Positions 26,498-36,773 of a DNA stretch of 64,000 bases are shown here, one piece after another. The stretch lies in assembly GCA_965206595.1 (NCBI GenBank), contig OZ242214.1, forward strand, positions 6,560,001-6,624,000, written 5' to 3'. The notes below the pieces were generated by a model. That model worked only from the letters and a program-made list of their open reading frames with translations, made no database searches and had not been told where the DNA came from. A program made the position numbers and the translations under genes. Origin of the DNA: Candidatus Latescibacterota bacterium (lineage in GTDB: Bacteria > Latescibacterota > UBA2968 > UBA8231). Within the stretch, counting starts at the first letter, position 1. Each line of letters starts with the position of its first letter.

Positions 26498-27609
26498 GGC
26501 CGCGTATCCTCCAGGACCTCCCGCAGGGCACGGGCAAAGGCGGCACGCTGCGGACCGGTGCCTACCGTAACGCGGATGCAGCGGCTCTGGGGGGCCGCGG
26601 ACGGCATGCGCACGAAGACCCCGCGCTGCAGCAGTTCCTCCAGCACGCGGCGGGCCTCCTCCGGGGCGCCGATGTCGAAGCAGACAAAGTTCGCCGCCGA
26701 AGGCACCGCGGCCAGCTCGAGCTCCCGCGCCAGCTGTTCGTACTCCCGGCGCCCGGCGACGACCTGGTCGACCACCCCGGCGACGAAATCGGGGTCGCGC
26801 AGCGACGCCAGGGCGCCGGCCTGGGCGACGCGGTTGACGCCGAAGTGGTTGCGCACCTTTTCCAGGACCGCGACGACGTCGCCGGCAGCGATGGCGTAAC
26901 CGACGCGCCCGCCCGCCATGCCGTGGGCCTTGGAGAAGGTCCGCATGCGCACCGCGCGGCAGTCGCCGGGGGCGCCCGGCATGGCGGTTCCGGAAGGGGC
27001 GAAGTCGTTGTAGGCCTCGTCGACGATGGCGATGCACCGCGGCGGCAGGGAATCGACGAACCCCCGGATCTGCCCGCCGGAGTGCCAGGTGCCCATCGGG
27101 TTGTCCGGGTTGGCGAGGTACACGAGGTGGGCCCCGGTCTCGACCACACGGTCATGCAACCCCTGCAGGTCGACGCGGTCGCCGGCGTAGGGCACCTGCT
27201 CGAGGCGGCCGCCGAAGCCGCGCACGTGATAGTCGAAGGTCGGGTAGGAACCGCGGGAGGTGACCACCGGGTCGCCCGCCTCGACGACGATGCGAACCAT
27301 GAGGCCGAGCAGGTCGTCGACCCCGGCGCTTATGCAGAGCTCGCCCGGGTCGATTCCGTGGTGGACGGCGAGCGCCCCGGCGAGGTCGAAGTTCTCAGGG
27401 TCGTTGTAGAGGCAGAGCTCCCCGACCGCGGCGAGCATCGCTTCGCGGGCCCGTGGAGATATGCCGAAGGCGGACTCGTTGGCCCCGACGCGAACAGCGA
27501 TCTGGCTGCCGCTTCGCCGCTCCAGCGCTTCTGGACCTACGAACGGCACCGCGGCGGGCAGGCCGCGCAGGACTTTGGTCAGCGGCAGCGACCCGATCTC
27601 TTTGGCCAT
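26494..27609 (-). CDS. HisC-like class I/II PLP aminotransferase
   Basis: GANES, YLANPDNPMG, DEAY, RTFSKAHGMAGGRVGY. Confidence 0.88.
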   Translation of the reverse strand: MAKEIGSLPLTKVLRGLPAAVPFVGPEALERRSGSQIAVRVGANESAFGISPRAREAMLAAVGELCLYNDPENFDLAGALAVHHGIDPGELCISAGVDDLLGLMVRIVVEAGDPVVTSRGSYPTFDYHVRGFGGRLEQVPYAGDRVDLQGLHDRVVETGAHLVYLANPDNPMGTWHSGGQIRGFVDSLPPRCIAIVDEAYNDFAPSGTAMPGAPGDCRAVRMRTFSKAHGMAGGRVGYAIAAGDVVAVLEKVRNHFGVNRVAQAGALASLRDPDFVAGVVDQVVAGRREYEQLARELELAAVPSAANFVCFDIGAPEEARRVLEELLQRGVFVRMPSAAPQSRCIRVTVGTGPQRAAFARALREVLEDTRP

Positions 27610-27791
27610 GGGAAGCTGGGTGATGCGATCGGCACGGTGTGGGCCCGGCTGTCTGATGTGGAGTGAGAAAAACCTGCCGGGCACAGCAGCCGGGCGGGGG
27701 CTGAAGGCCCCGCAAGGTTCGGTGGAGTATGCGGCCGGGCTTCGACGCCGCGCCTGAAACTGCGAGCCCGTCTGTCCCTGGACTTTCCGCC

Positions 27792-30290
27792 TCACCCCAC
27801 CTCGACTTGATCAGGTCCGCAGCTGATTACGGCACCCGGATGACTCAGCGCCAACCCCTTGCTCAGGTCCTGCTGCTGCCAGGGCGCCCCGTGGACCAGG
27901 GCGATCTGCTTCGGCTTGAGCATGGACGCGTACTCGAGCAGCCCGGGCCGGTCGGCATGGGCGGAAAGCCCGAACTGCTTGGCCGGCATCGCGGCCTTGA
28001 ACTTGATCTCCCCTCTCTCTCCCTGCAGGCGAACGACCCGCGGACCTCCGGAGCCGGAGATGTCGAGCAACGCCCTGCTGGGCGCGCCCTCGTCCTGGTA
28101 GCCGGTGAGGACGATGCGGTGGCGGGCATCGGGAAGCAGGTGACGGGCGTACTCGACCACCGGACCGCCGGTGAGCATCCCCGACGTCGTCACTATGATC
28201 GACGGTATCTTCTGGGCTTCGCGGGCGATTTCATCCCGGCCTGTTTCGCCATGCACCTCGAGGACGGCATCCTGCGGCAAATCGAAATCAGAATGTTCGC
28301 GATAGACAGGGTTGATGGACTTTATCATCCCGTCGACGAAAACCGGGACGTCATCCCGGAGATCTCCCTCCTCCTTCGCCCTGAGTATCAACTTCAGCAG
28401 CTCCTGGGCTCGCCCCAGCGCGAACGAGGGGAGGATCACCGACCCCTTGCGGTTCTCCGTCGTATCCCTGATGAAGTCGACGAGCTCGGCCCGGGTCGAC
28501 TCGGGCTCCTGGTGTTTGGAGTTCCCGTACGTCGATTCCAGGACAAGGAGGTCGACCTCGCCGAGATCCTCGGGCCAGCTCGCGGCCGGAACGGTCAGTT
28601 GGGGAAATGAGGAGAAATCACCCGAGAAGAAAACACGGCGCCCGGTCTCCTCCTCGATAAGGAGGCTGGCGGCGCCGAGAATATGGCCTGCGGGGAAGAA
28701 CCGGATCGAGGCGCCGGGGAACGGCAGGGCCTTCTCGCTCCCGAACTCGCAGGCGAGCGCTAGCTCGGGCACCCGGCGCACGTCATCCCCCCCGTAACTG
28801 GCGACCACCTCCTCGGCATTGGCGATATGTTGCGCCTGCTCGCTGCGGATCGCCAGCTGGCGAACGTAGCGGGAGTGACCGTCTTCCAGCATTACCGGAA
28901 GCAGCGCCTTGGTAGCGGGGGAGCAGAAGATGTCGAGCTCGCCGAAGCGGTTTACGAGGGCGGGGATCCAACCGATATGGTCGGTATGCGCGTGCGTGAC
29001 GATGAGAGCATCGATGCGTTCGAGACCGTCGATCGGAGGATTGAACCCGGAAGACCCGCCCGGCTTTATGCCGCAGTCCACGAGAATCCGGCGCTCGCCC
29101 AGCTCGACGAGGTAGCAGCTTCTGCCGATCTCCGCGGATCCGCCGAGGGCGACGAACCGCAGGGAGGTCTTGCGCCGAAGCTTTTTCGGAGCGGCGACCC
29201 GGAACTTGGGATAGGCGTCGAGAAACGCCGACTTCAGCTTGCGATGGAGTCGCCACTCTTCGTCGGCTCGCGCCTTGGGTGAACCGGAGAGAATCAGGCG
29301 GTCCCGCTTGATGCGCTCCTCCTCCTCGTGAAGGAAATGCTGAACTGCCTGATCGCCGCGAGGGAGGTCGCCGAGCCTGGATTCCAGCTCCTTCACCCGC
29401 AACTCCTTGGTGGCGAGCTGCCTGGCGAGATCGCTCCGTTCCGCGGCCAGCTCCCCCTTTTCCCGGTCCAACCGGCGGTGCTCTCGCTGAATGTCCTCCC
29501 TGATCTGCTCCGCCTTGTCGAGATCCCGCTCGATGTTGATGCGGGCGGCATCGGACTTGCGGATCTGCTCCCGGACCCGTTCGACCTCCTCGACGACTCT
29601 CCGGTGCTCCCTTATTTCCTCCCGGTACTCCGCCCTGAGCTTCTCGAGCTCCTGCTCCTTCCGCTGCAAGCTCTTCTCGGCAAGCTCGGAGTTCCGCCTG
29701 GTCTCCCTGTACTCCCTGCTGGTTTTGCGAAGCTCCCTCCTCAGCTTCTTCTCTTCGTCGACACGGGCCGCGCCCTGCCGAAATCCGAGCGAGAGATTGC
29801 CATCCGCAAGAGGTACGAGCAACCGGAAAAGCTCTTCGGCGTCCGGGCCATCGAACCTCGACGCCCAGAGAACCGCGGCCAGGCGGCGCAGGCCCTCCTT
29901 CCTGTCCTGGAGCAAGCCTGACAGCGTCTCACTTTCCAGCAGATTCCCGGTCGCAATCTGCTCGACCAGTTCCTCGTTCTCCCGGCGGATCATCGAGCGG
30001 ATGAAATCGACCAGATCGTGATTGGGATACGCCCATAACAGTCTGTTTACCTCCTGTCTGGCAGTCCGGAACCTGTCCGGACGCATCCCGCGGCGATACC
30101 CCAGGGGAGGAGGCACGTGTCCGCAGTCGAGATTCGGACACTCCTTGGCGTGCTTCACCAGCTCCTCGATGGCAATTTCGATCGGCAGGGCAAGTACGGC
30201 CGGGGGCACCGTCTCCGCTCCCAACCGACCTTCCGGTATGCGGTCGCCGTGGGTAGCCCTGAGAACGGCGAGAGCAGGCGACAGTGTCAT
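27792..30290 (-). CDS. Beta-CASP metallo-beta-lactamase nuclease with long N-terminal coiled-coil region
   Basis: HAHTDH, AGHILGA, SGDF, ESTYG, FALGRAQE, SGML, GYQDEG, SAHAD, LVHG; E/R/K-rich heptads upstream; start uncertain (ORF open to 30518). Confidence 0.85.
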   Translation of the reverse strand: MTLSPALAVLRATHGDRIPEGRLGAETVPPAVLALPIEIAIEELVKHAKECPNLDCGHVPPPLGYRRGMRPDRFRTARQEVNRLLWAYPNHDLVDFIRSMIRRENEELVEQIATGNLLESETLSGLLQDRKEGLRRLAAVLWASRFDGPDAEELFRLLVPLADGNLSLGFRQGAARVDEEKKLRRELRKTSREYRETRRNSELAEKSLQRKEQELEKLRAEYREEIREHRRVVEEVERVREQIRKSDAARINIERDLDKAEQIREDIQREHRRLDREKGELAAERSDLARQLATKELRVKELESRLGDLPRGDQAVQHFLHEEEERIKRDRLILSGSPKARADEEWRLHRKLKSAFLDAYPKFRVAAPKKLRRKTSLRFVALGGSAEIGRSCYLVELGERRILVDCGIKPGGSSGFNPPIDGLERIDALIVTHAHTDHIGWIPALVNRFGELDIFCSPATKALLPVMLEDGHSRYVRQLAIRSEQAQHIANAEEVVASYGGDDVRRVPELALACEFGSEKALPFPGASIRFFPAGHILGAASLLIEEETGRRVFFSGDFSSFPQLTVPAASWPEDLGEVDLLVLESTYGNSKHQEPESTRAELVDFIRDTTENRKGSVILPSFALGRAQELLKLILRAKEEGDLRDDVPVFVDGMIKSINPVYREHSDFDLPQDAVLEVHGETGRDEIAREAQKIPSIIVTTSGMLTGGPVVEYARHLLPDARHRIVLTGYQDEGAPSRALLDISGSGGPRVVRLQGERGEIKFKAAMPAKQFGLSAHADRPGLLEYASMLKPKQIALVHGAPWQQQDLSKGLALSHPGAVISCGPDQVEVG

Positions 30291-30755
30291 CTGCCCCTCC
30301 GGCCGGCTCCGGTATGCTGTTTCGAGGATTCCATCCTGTCCACGCTTAAATCCATTCTCCCTTACTTCGACGCCGCACCGTCCTGGCCGGGTCCTGCCGC
30401 CCTGTCTGCGGTGGTTGAAGTCGCTGTACGGGCGCTGAAATCGAAACGCGGGAAGGCGAATCAGATAGGGTTCAGCGAGCGCAAAGCGGTTGTCGACGGC
30501 ACAGGGCAAGCCTCCCATTACGCCCTGCCTCGCCGGCAGGCAGTCAGCCCGATTGGACGGTGCATATTCGTGCGCCCAAGGGTTGTTTTTCGCGGCGGAT
30601 TATAGCCCCTGAGGCCTGTTCCGGCAAGCAGCGGAAGGGGGGATCCCGGCCTGGAATCGAGGCTTTGCGGCACCCCGCCCCCGGAGAAAACAGGCCTCGC
30701 AGGGGCGCGCCCGGTCCCCGAGGCGCTCGATCTCTTCACCCGCAGGGCGTCTCTC

Positions 30756-31796
30756 TCATCGGCTCGCCGGTTGCTCCCACAGGGCACGCCTTCGCAGCAC
30801 TTCCTGCAACAGCGGGTGGACCAGCTCCGCCAACTCGCTGTTGGCGTAGGCGACCCAGTCCACCGGGGTCCTGACGTCGAGCGGGGGGCACAGCTGCCCG
30901 CCGTCGACGTCGGTGACGACGACGGCGGCCTCGCGCGCCGCCAGTTCGGTGCACAGGTCGTACGGATGGGCGCACGGTTCGCTGTACCTGCCTCCGGACA
31001 GCCTGCGCAGGGCCGTGGGGCGCACGTCGATGACGAAGCGGTCGCGGCCGGCCATCAGCTCGTAGAGCTGTCCGCCGGAGGAGATGTACTGATCCTCGAA
31101 GCAGGAGGCGCGTCCGTCGAAGGGGGTTCCGAGAACCGCCTCGAACAGCTCTTCGTCGATCCGGCCCAGAAGCTCGCGGGCACCCGGAAAGAAACGGACC
31201 ACGGTCGCGAAGCCGTGGCGCGGCGATGCCGCCGCAGACGGCGCCAGCCGCAGCGGCGTGCGCTCTCCGGTCAGCCGGTTGCAGCGCTCCGCCCCGACGC
31301 CCCCTCCCCTGAGGGCCCAGACCGCGTCGCTGAGGTGCTGCCTGACCAAGGGGATCTCGGTCTGCACGGCGACCTCGAGGTCGGCCAGGGTGGTTGCGGA
31401 GCCGCGGTCCGGGGCTGCCCCGGTCAGGATCCAGGCGCTCCGTTTCTGATGCATCAGGCCGCGGGTCCCGTCTATGGGATCGACGATCAGGCGCCAGCGC
31501 GACTCCTGCCGAGATGCACCCGGTGGCAGGACGAGGCTCCCATCCGGCAGCCCTTCGGCGATCAGAACCAGCGGGCCCGACTCCTCCGCCAGCTTTTCCA
31601 GGCCGGCGAGCAGCTCCTCTTCGACAAGGCGGTCGATGGCGTAGATCGTGTCCTCCGCGCCCTCCCGGTGCACTTGGGCAAGTCCTTCCTTCCCCGGCTG
31701 CCCGGCCGCCTCCTCGCAGGCGGCGACGACCCGGTCGCGCAGGCGCTCGTGCAGGCGCCTGACTGGATCGATCAATTCCTGGATGTCCCTACTCAT
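30756..31796 (-). CDS. Inositol monophosphatase (FIG) family protein
   Basis: DTIYAID, AEG, IVDPIDGTR, HPYD. Confidence 0.8.
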   Translation of the reverse strand: MSRDIQELIDPVRRLHERLRDRVVAACEEAAGQPGKEGLAQVHREGAEDTIYAIDRLVEEELLAGLEKLAEESGPLVLIAEGLPDGSLVLPPGASRQESRWRLIVDPIDGTRGLMHQKRSAWILTGAAPDRGSATTLADLEVAVQTEIPLVRQHLSDAVWALRGGGVGAERCNRLTGERTPLRLAPSAAASPRHGFATVVRFFPGARELLGRIDEELFEAVLGTPFDGRASCFEDQYISSGGQLYELMAGRDRFVIDVRPTALRRLSGGRYSEPCAHPYDLCTELAAREAAVVVTDVDGGQLCPPLDVRTPVDWVAYANSELAELVHPLLQEVLRRRALWEQPASR

Positions 31797-31976
31797 GGTG
31801 GTTACCCTTACCGGCCGGTTGAAACAACCTGATGCCTGAGCGCGAAAGCAAGCGTACGATCGGGGGCGCATCCGCGGCCGGGTTGAGGCAAAATCGTACC
31901 CGGCGCAGGCGGGCGGTGGCCACCTCGCCTGCAGTGCTATCCGGTCAGCGGGCCGTTACCTCGAAGAAAGAATCCC

Positions 31977-32669
31977 ATGTGCGGCCGTTTCACCCTTCAC
32001 CACTCGGTGCCGGAGCTCGTGTCGCGCTTCTCGGTCGAGCAGACCTTTCTCGAACTGCCCCCGCGCTACAACATCGCCCCGTCGCAGCCGGTGGCGGTGG
32101 TGATCCAGCGGCAGCAGCGCCAACTGCTCGAGTTCATGTGGGGACTCGTCCCCTTCTGGGCGAAGGCCGCGGCCATCGGCAACCGCCTGATCAACGCCCG
32201 CGCCGAATCGCTCCCCGACACCGCCGCTTTCAGGAACGCCTTCCGCCGCCGCCGCTGCATCGTGCCGGCCAGCGGCTACTTCGAATGGAAGCGCCGCGGC
32301 TCCGGGAAGGTCCCCCACTACATCCAGCTCGCGGACCGGCAACCGTTCGCCATGGCAGGCCTGTCGGAAAAATGGCACGCCCCCAACGGCGAGGTTCTGC
32401 GCACCTGCGCCATCGTCACCACCGAACCTAGCCCCGCGGTCGCCGGACTGCACCACCGCATGCCGGCGATACTGACGCCGGAGGCCGCGGAAATCTGGCT
32501 CGACCCCGAAACCGGGGAACTCCCCGCCCTGCTGTCGCTGCTGCGCCCCTACCCCGGAGAGCTCAGCCTGCACCCGGTGTCCCCGCTCGTCAACCGCGCC
32601 GACGTCGACGAAGCGGCCTGCGTGCAACCGGTCGACGCCCCGGACCTGCAGCTCGGCCTCAATCTGTAA
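31977..32669 (+). CDS. SOS response-associated peptidase (SRAP/YedK/HMCES)
   Basis: MCGRF N-terminus, RYNIAPSQ, WGLVP, INARAE, HHRMPAIL. Confidence 0.95.
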   Translation: MCGRFTLHHSVPELVSRFSVEQTFLELPPRYNIAPSQPVAVVIQRQQRQLLEFMWGLVPFWAKAAAIGNRLINARAESLPDTAAFRNAFRRRRCIVPASGYFEWKRRGSGKVPHYIQLADRQPFAMAGLSEKWHAPNGEVLRTCAIVTTEPSPAVAGLHHRMPAILTPEAAEIWLDPETGELPALLSLLRPYPGELSLHPVSPLVNRADVDEAACVQPVDAPDLQLGLNL

Positions 32670-32687
32670 GAGGGCAACTCCGCCGCC

Positions 32688-34244
32688 TCACTCCTTCGAC
32701 TCCGGCACCTCCCCGGATCCGGCCCTCAGCCAGCGCGCCATTTCGCGGATTCCCGGCGGCTTCCCCGTCATCAGGATGCCGATCCTGAAGAGCTTGGCCG
32801 CGGCGAGCAGGGCGAGGCAGATCCCCCCTGCCAGCACCGCCGTGGTCGTCAGGTACTCCCATGCGGGGGGAGGTCCCGCGGCGCGGTTCATCATCACGAA
32901 GGGGGTAAACGGCGGGATGTAGGACATGATGCGGGCAAGCGTGCCGTTCGGGTCCTGGCTGACCGGCACCATCGCAAAGAACACCACCATCATCGGAACC
33001 ATCACCGGAAGCACGAGGTTCTGCGCCTCCTTGAGGTTGTTGCAGACCGAGCCGAGGCCGACGAGGAAGGTGGCGTAGAGGAGGTACCCCATCGCGAAGT
33101 AGAGGAAGAAGGCGAGCAGGAAGAACGGGTCCGCGGCCAGACCGAGCAGGGTTTCGACCGCAGCCGGGGATCCGCCTGCCGCAGGGAGGAGGACGGCGGC
33201 GAGAACGATGAAGAATCCCCAGGATGCGACCATGGTGAGGCCGGCCCCCGCGGCGCCGGCGATCTTTCCCGCCATGAGCTGAACCGGAGAGACCGAGGAG
33301 AGCAGCACCTCGATGATGCGCGCCGATTTCTCCTCGATCGTGCTGGTGAGCAGCATCTGCGCGCTGGTGAAAATCGCGATCCAGAGGAGGTAGGTGAACC
33401 CGACCGGGGCCCATTGCCGCGCCGTGTCTTCCCCCGCGACCTCCGCCTCGCTGCCGTGGGAGTCGACCTTGCGGCCCTCGAACTCCAGCGGTTCCTCGAT
33501 CCAGGCCGCGGTTCCGGGTTCGACCTCCGCCGCGGCGATGCGGCGCTGGCGGATGACGGTGTTGGCCCTGGCGACGAACCACTCGTGCAGCTCGCGGTCG
33601 GTGAGGTTGTTGGAGACGTACTTACATCCCTGCGAGCCGACGACCGGGTCGGCCCCGATCGTCAGGTAGGCGAACAGCTCGCCGCTTTCGACGCGGCGGT
33701 TGAGAGCTGACAGGTTCCCCTCGGCGTTGTCGAGGCGGGTGAAGCGGGAATGCGAAAGATGGAGGTCGAGCGCCTCCAGCTCGTCCGCCGAGACCGACCG
33801 CCACCACTCGTACAGCTCGCTGCTGCGCGCCGGGTCGGCGAAGCTCCGCGCCCCTTCCGGCACCTGGCTTTCGGTCCGCCCAGCCAGGGCGCGTACGAAC
33901 GCCGCCCTCTCCTGCTCGTCGATCCCCATCCAGGCCAGGGTCAGCTCGCGAACGACCTCGGGCAGCCGCTCGAACTCGCGGCCTTTCCCGCGCTTCCAGG
34001 CGGCAGCCGCGGCGATCAGGTCGGTCAGGTCCCTTTCATAGATGAGGGCGTCGATCTCCCGCAACAGGAAACCCGATTCGTCGACCACGGCGTAGGTGCG
34101 GACGTCCTTGGCCTGGAGCAGGAACCTCGGCACCACCGCGGCGAGAGCGATGATGACGGGGAACGCCAGCAACCCGAGCCAGAAGGCCTTGGTGCGGACG
34201 GTCCCCAGGTATTCGTTCGAGGCGACCAGGAAGGCTTTCGTCAT
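32688..34244 (-). CDS. ABC-2 type permease (NatB-like)
   Basis: VRTKAF TM1, large loop, EEKSARIIEVLLSSVSP, PPFTPF. Confidence 0.88.
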   Translation of the reverse strand: MTKAFLVASNEYLGTVRTKAFWLGLLAFPVIIALAAVVPRFLLQAKDVRTYAVVDESGFLLREIDALIYERDLTDLIAAAAAWKRGKGREFERLPEVVRELTLAWMGIDEQERAAFVRALAGRTESQVPEGARSFADPARSSELYEWWRSVSADELEALDLHLSHSRFTRLDNAEGNLSALNRRVESGELFAYLTIGADPVVGSQGCKYVSNNLTDRELHEWFVARANTVIRQRRIAAAEVEPGTAAWIEEPLEFEGRKVDSHGSEAEVAGEDTARQWAPVGFTYLLWIAIFTSAQMLLTSTIEEKSARIIEVLLSSVSPVQLMAGKIAGAAGAGLTMVASWGFFIVLAAVLLPAAGGSPAAVETLLGLAADPFFLLAFFLYFAMGYLLYATFLVGLGSVCNNLKEAQNLVLPVMVPMMVVFFAMVPVSQDPNGTLARIMSYIPPFTPFVMMNRAAGPPPAWEYLTTTAVLAGGICLALLAAAKLFRIGILMTGKPPGIREMARWLRAGSGEVPESKE

Positions 34245-35173
34245 GCCGATTCTCCCTCGCCGCCGACGGCGCGGAGGAAAATCTCGTGCAGGGAGAGCTC
34301 GGTCAGGTCGAACCGCCGCACCCGGATGCCGTTTGCTATCAGGGCCTCAAGGACCTCCTGGGAATCGCCGCCCTGGGCGAGAAACAGCTCCGCCTGCTTG
34401 CCCGAGTCGTTGACGCGCTCGACCCCGGGGAGCTGGGCCAACGGGCTTCCGTTGCCGTCGTAGTCGAGACGGATCGACTGTCCCGCGGCGGCGCGAACCG
34501 ACGACAGGCTGCCGTCGAGAACCTTGGAGCCGCGGTCGATCAGGACTACGTAATCGCAGATCTGCTCGGCCTGCTCCATGATATGGGTGGAGAACAGCAC
34601 GCTCTTGCCGTTTCGCTTAAGCTGCAGTATCAGGTCCCTCACGACGTCCCGGTTGACCGGGTCGAGTCCGGAAAACGGTTCGTCGAGAATGACGAGGTCC
34701 GGCCCGTGCATGACGGTGGCGAGGATCTGCACCTTCTGGGCCATCCCCTTCGACAGGGTGTTGCACTTCTTCTCCCGCCAATCGCCCAGGCCGTATTCCG
34801 CCAGCAGGCGTGAGGAGACCTCACCGGCATGCCGCGCGCCCATTCCCTTCAGGCGGCCGTAGTAGGTCATCAGGTCGGCGAGGCGCATCCTGTCGTAGAG
34901 TCCGCGCTCTTCCGGGAGGTACCCGATGCGCTCCCTGATGGCCGCCGGGTCGCTCTGCCCCAGAACGCGGAGGCTGCCCTGGTCCGGGTAGAAGATCCCG
35001 ACGATCATCCGCAGGGTCGTGGTCTTTCCCGCCCCGTTGGGACCCAGGAACCCGTAGATGCACCCCGGCGGGACCTCGAGACAGAGATCGTCCACGGCGA
35101 CCTTGTCGCCGAAACGCTTGCCGACGTGATGGAGGGCGATAGCCGCTGTCATGTCACCGTTTCCCTGCTCCAT
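34241..35173 (-). CDS. ABC ATP-binding protein (NatA-like)
   Basis: GPNGAGKTT, YLPEERGLY, LSKGMAQK, LDEPFSGLDP; alternative start at 35152. Confidence 0.92.
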   Translation of the reverse strand: MEQGNGDMTAAIALHHVGKRFGDKVAVDDLCLEVPPGCIYGFLGPNGAGKTTTLRMIVGIFYPDQGSLRVLGQSDPAAIRERIGYLPEERGLYDRMRLADLMTYYGRLKGMGARHAGEVSSRLLAEYGLGDWREKKCNTLSKGMAQKVQILATVMHGPDLVILDEPFSGLDPVNRDVVRDLILQLKRNGKSVLFSTHIMEQAEQICDYVVLIDRGSKVLDGSLSSVRAAAGQSIRLDYDGNGSPLAQLPGVERVNDSGKQAELFLAQGGDSQEVLEALIANGIRVRRFDLTELSLHEIFLRAVGGEGESA

Positions 35174-35530
35174 TTCGGCGGGAGGGGTTCAGATACTCGA
35201 AAGAGGAGCGCCTCCCCTTCTTTCGCTCTTCGGACATCGTTTCTGGCGGGTCCGGCGTCCGATTCCAATAATATACCGGGCGGCGTCCCCGAACGACTCG
35301 CCGCATCGATGCCTCCCGACCTGCGGAGCGCGACCAAGCCTTGGTGGAATCCTGAACCTGGGCGGAACCTGCGGGACAGATGCATCGGCGAGAGAATGCG
35401 GTGAGCTGTCGGGGGTCGTCATATAAGCCCGGACTGCCGACCCCGGAACCGCAGCGGAGATCCCGCCTCGTTTTCGGACCGCCGAACCTCGTCGGGACCA
35501 TCGCCGGCACCAGGAGAACTTTCATACCCT

Positions 35531-36388
35531 GTGGGATCTTCAAGCGCCAACAGCTTCTACCAACCTCCAACAGCGGACCCGCTCTACCACCTGGTGCAGC
35601 AGCCGGATGCGGACATAGATCTCGCTTTCGGAGCCCTGCTGATCGCCCGCGACGCCTACCCTGCCCTCGACATCGACTCCTGTCTGCAGCGCATTCGCGG
35701 CCTCGCCCTGGAGGTCGAGCCCCGTGTGAATGGCCGCGAGCCGCATGACGCTGTGCGCGAGCTGAGCCGATTTCTCGCCGTCGAGCAGGGATTTCGCGGC
35801 AATGCCGACGGCTACGATGATCCGCGCAACAGCTATCTCAACGACGTCGTCGACCGCCGCCTGGGAATCCCGATAACCCTTTCCATCCTCTACATCGCGG
35901 TGGGCCGGGAGCTGGGCCTTCCCCTGGCCGGGGTCAACTTCCCCGGACACTTCCTCGTCAGGTGCGCGGCTGTTCCCGACCCGGTTTTCGTCGACCCCTT
36001 CAGCGGCGGCCGCGTCATCGGCCGGGCGGCTCTCGAAGGGATGCTGGCGCGAATGACGGTAAAGGATGCCGTGCTCGACGACAGGCTCCTCGCCGAGGCG
36101 GCCCCGGCGCAGATATTCGCCCGCATGCTGCGCAACCTCAGGCAGATACACGCCGGCCGTGAGGAGTTCGAACGCGCCGTCAGCGCCGGCGAGAGAATCC
36201 TCTGGCTGCAGCCGGAGACGGCCGCCGACCTTCGCGACCTCGGATATCTCTACTTCCGGCTCGGAGCCATTCACCGCGCCCTCTCCTGCCTGGACGAGTA
36301 CCTGCGCCGGGCGCACGGAGCCGGAGACGCCGTGACCATCGCCAACGACATCGCCCTGCTGCAGTCGCGGCTGGCGGTGTTGAACTGA
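35531..36388 (+). CDS. SirB1/transglutaminase-like protein with TPR
   Basis: GFRGN..YDDPRNSYLNDV..RRLGIPITLS, GVNFPGHF, RMLRNL. Confidence 0.88.
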   Translation: MGSSSANSFYQPPTADPLYHLVQQPDADIDLAFGALLIARDAYPALDIDSCLQRIRGLALEVEPRVNGREPHDAVRELSRFLAVEQGFRGNADGYDDPRNSYLNDVVDRRLGIPITLSILYIAVGRELGLPLAGVNFPGHFLVRCAAVPDPVFVDPFSGGRVIGRAALEGMLARMTVKDAVLDDRLLAEAAPAQIFARMLRNLRQIHAGREEFERAVSAGERILWLQPETAADLRDLGYLYFRLGAIHRALSCLDEYLRRAHGAGDAVTIANDIALLQSRLAVLN

Positions 36389-36514
36389 CTGCCTTGCCCG
36401 TCGCGGAGGCACTGCCGACGGTCGCTTGGCGGGATGACAGGGTGGCATTGGGGCGGCTGAAGTACCAGGCCTGGCGACGTCCCCGAAGACAATCCGCCCC
36501 GGGAGCTGACGCGC

Positions 36515-36712
36515 ATGGCCGCTCGTGAGAAAACTCCGCCGATCGATCCGGGACTCTGCGGGGACTGTCGGCACTGCCGCGTCGTCGCTGCCCGCAACAC
36601 TCGCTTCTACCTCTGCCGGGTCTCCGAGCGCGACACGCGGTTCCCGAAATACCCCCGGCTTCCGGTGGTTGTCTGCGAGGCCTACCAGCGGCAAGAGGAT
36701 GAATCGCATTGA
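36515..36712 (+). CDS. Small Cys-rich conserved hypothetical protein
   Basis: GLCGDCRHCR...FYLC...RFPKYPRLPVVVC. Confidence 0.65.
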   Translation: MAAREKTPPIDPGLCGDCRHCRVVAARNTRFYLCRVSERDTRFPKYPRLPVVVCEAYQRQEDESH

Positions 36713-36773
36713 TGGTCCGGGACCGACCGTTCCCCAAGATGGGGCGGGGGACCGGCCGATGAAGAGGAGGGGT

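Noticed and set aside
30600-30725. REP/RPE-like palindromic element upstream of the beta-CASP gene
   Set aside because: Only a degenerate single copy in the window; cannot be supported without genome-wide comparison
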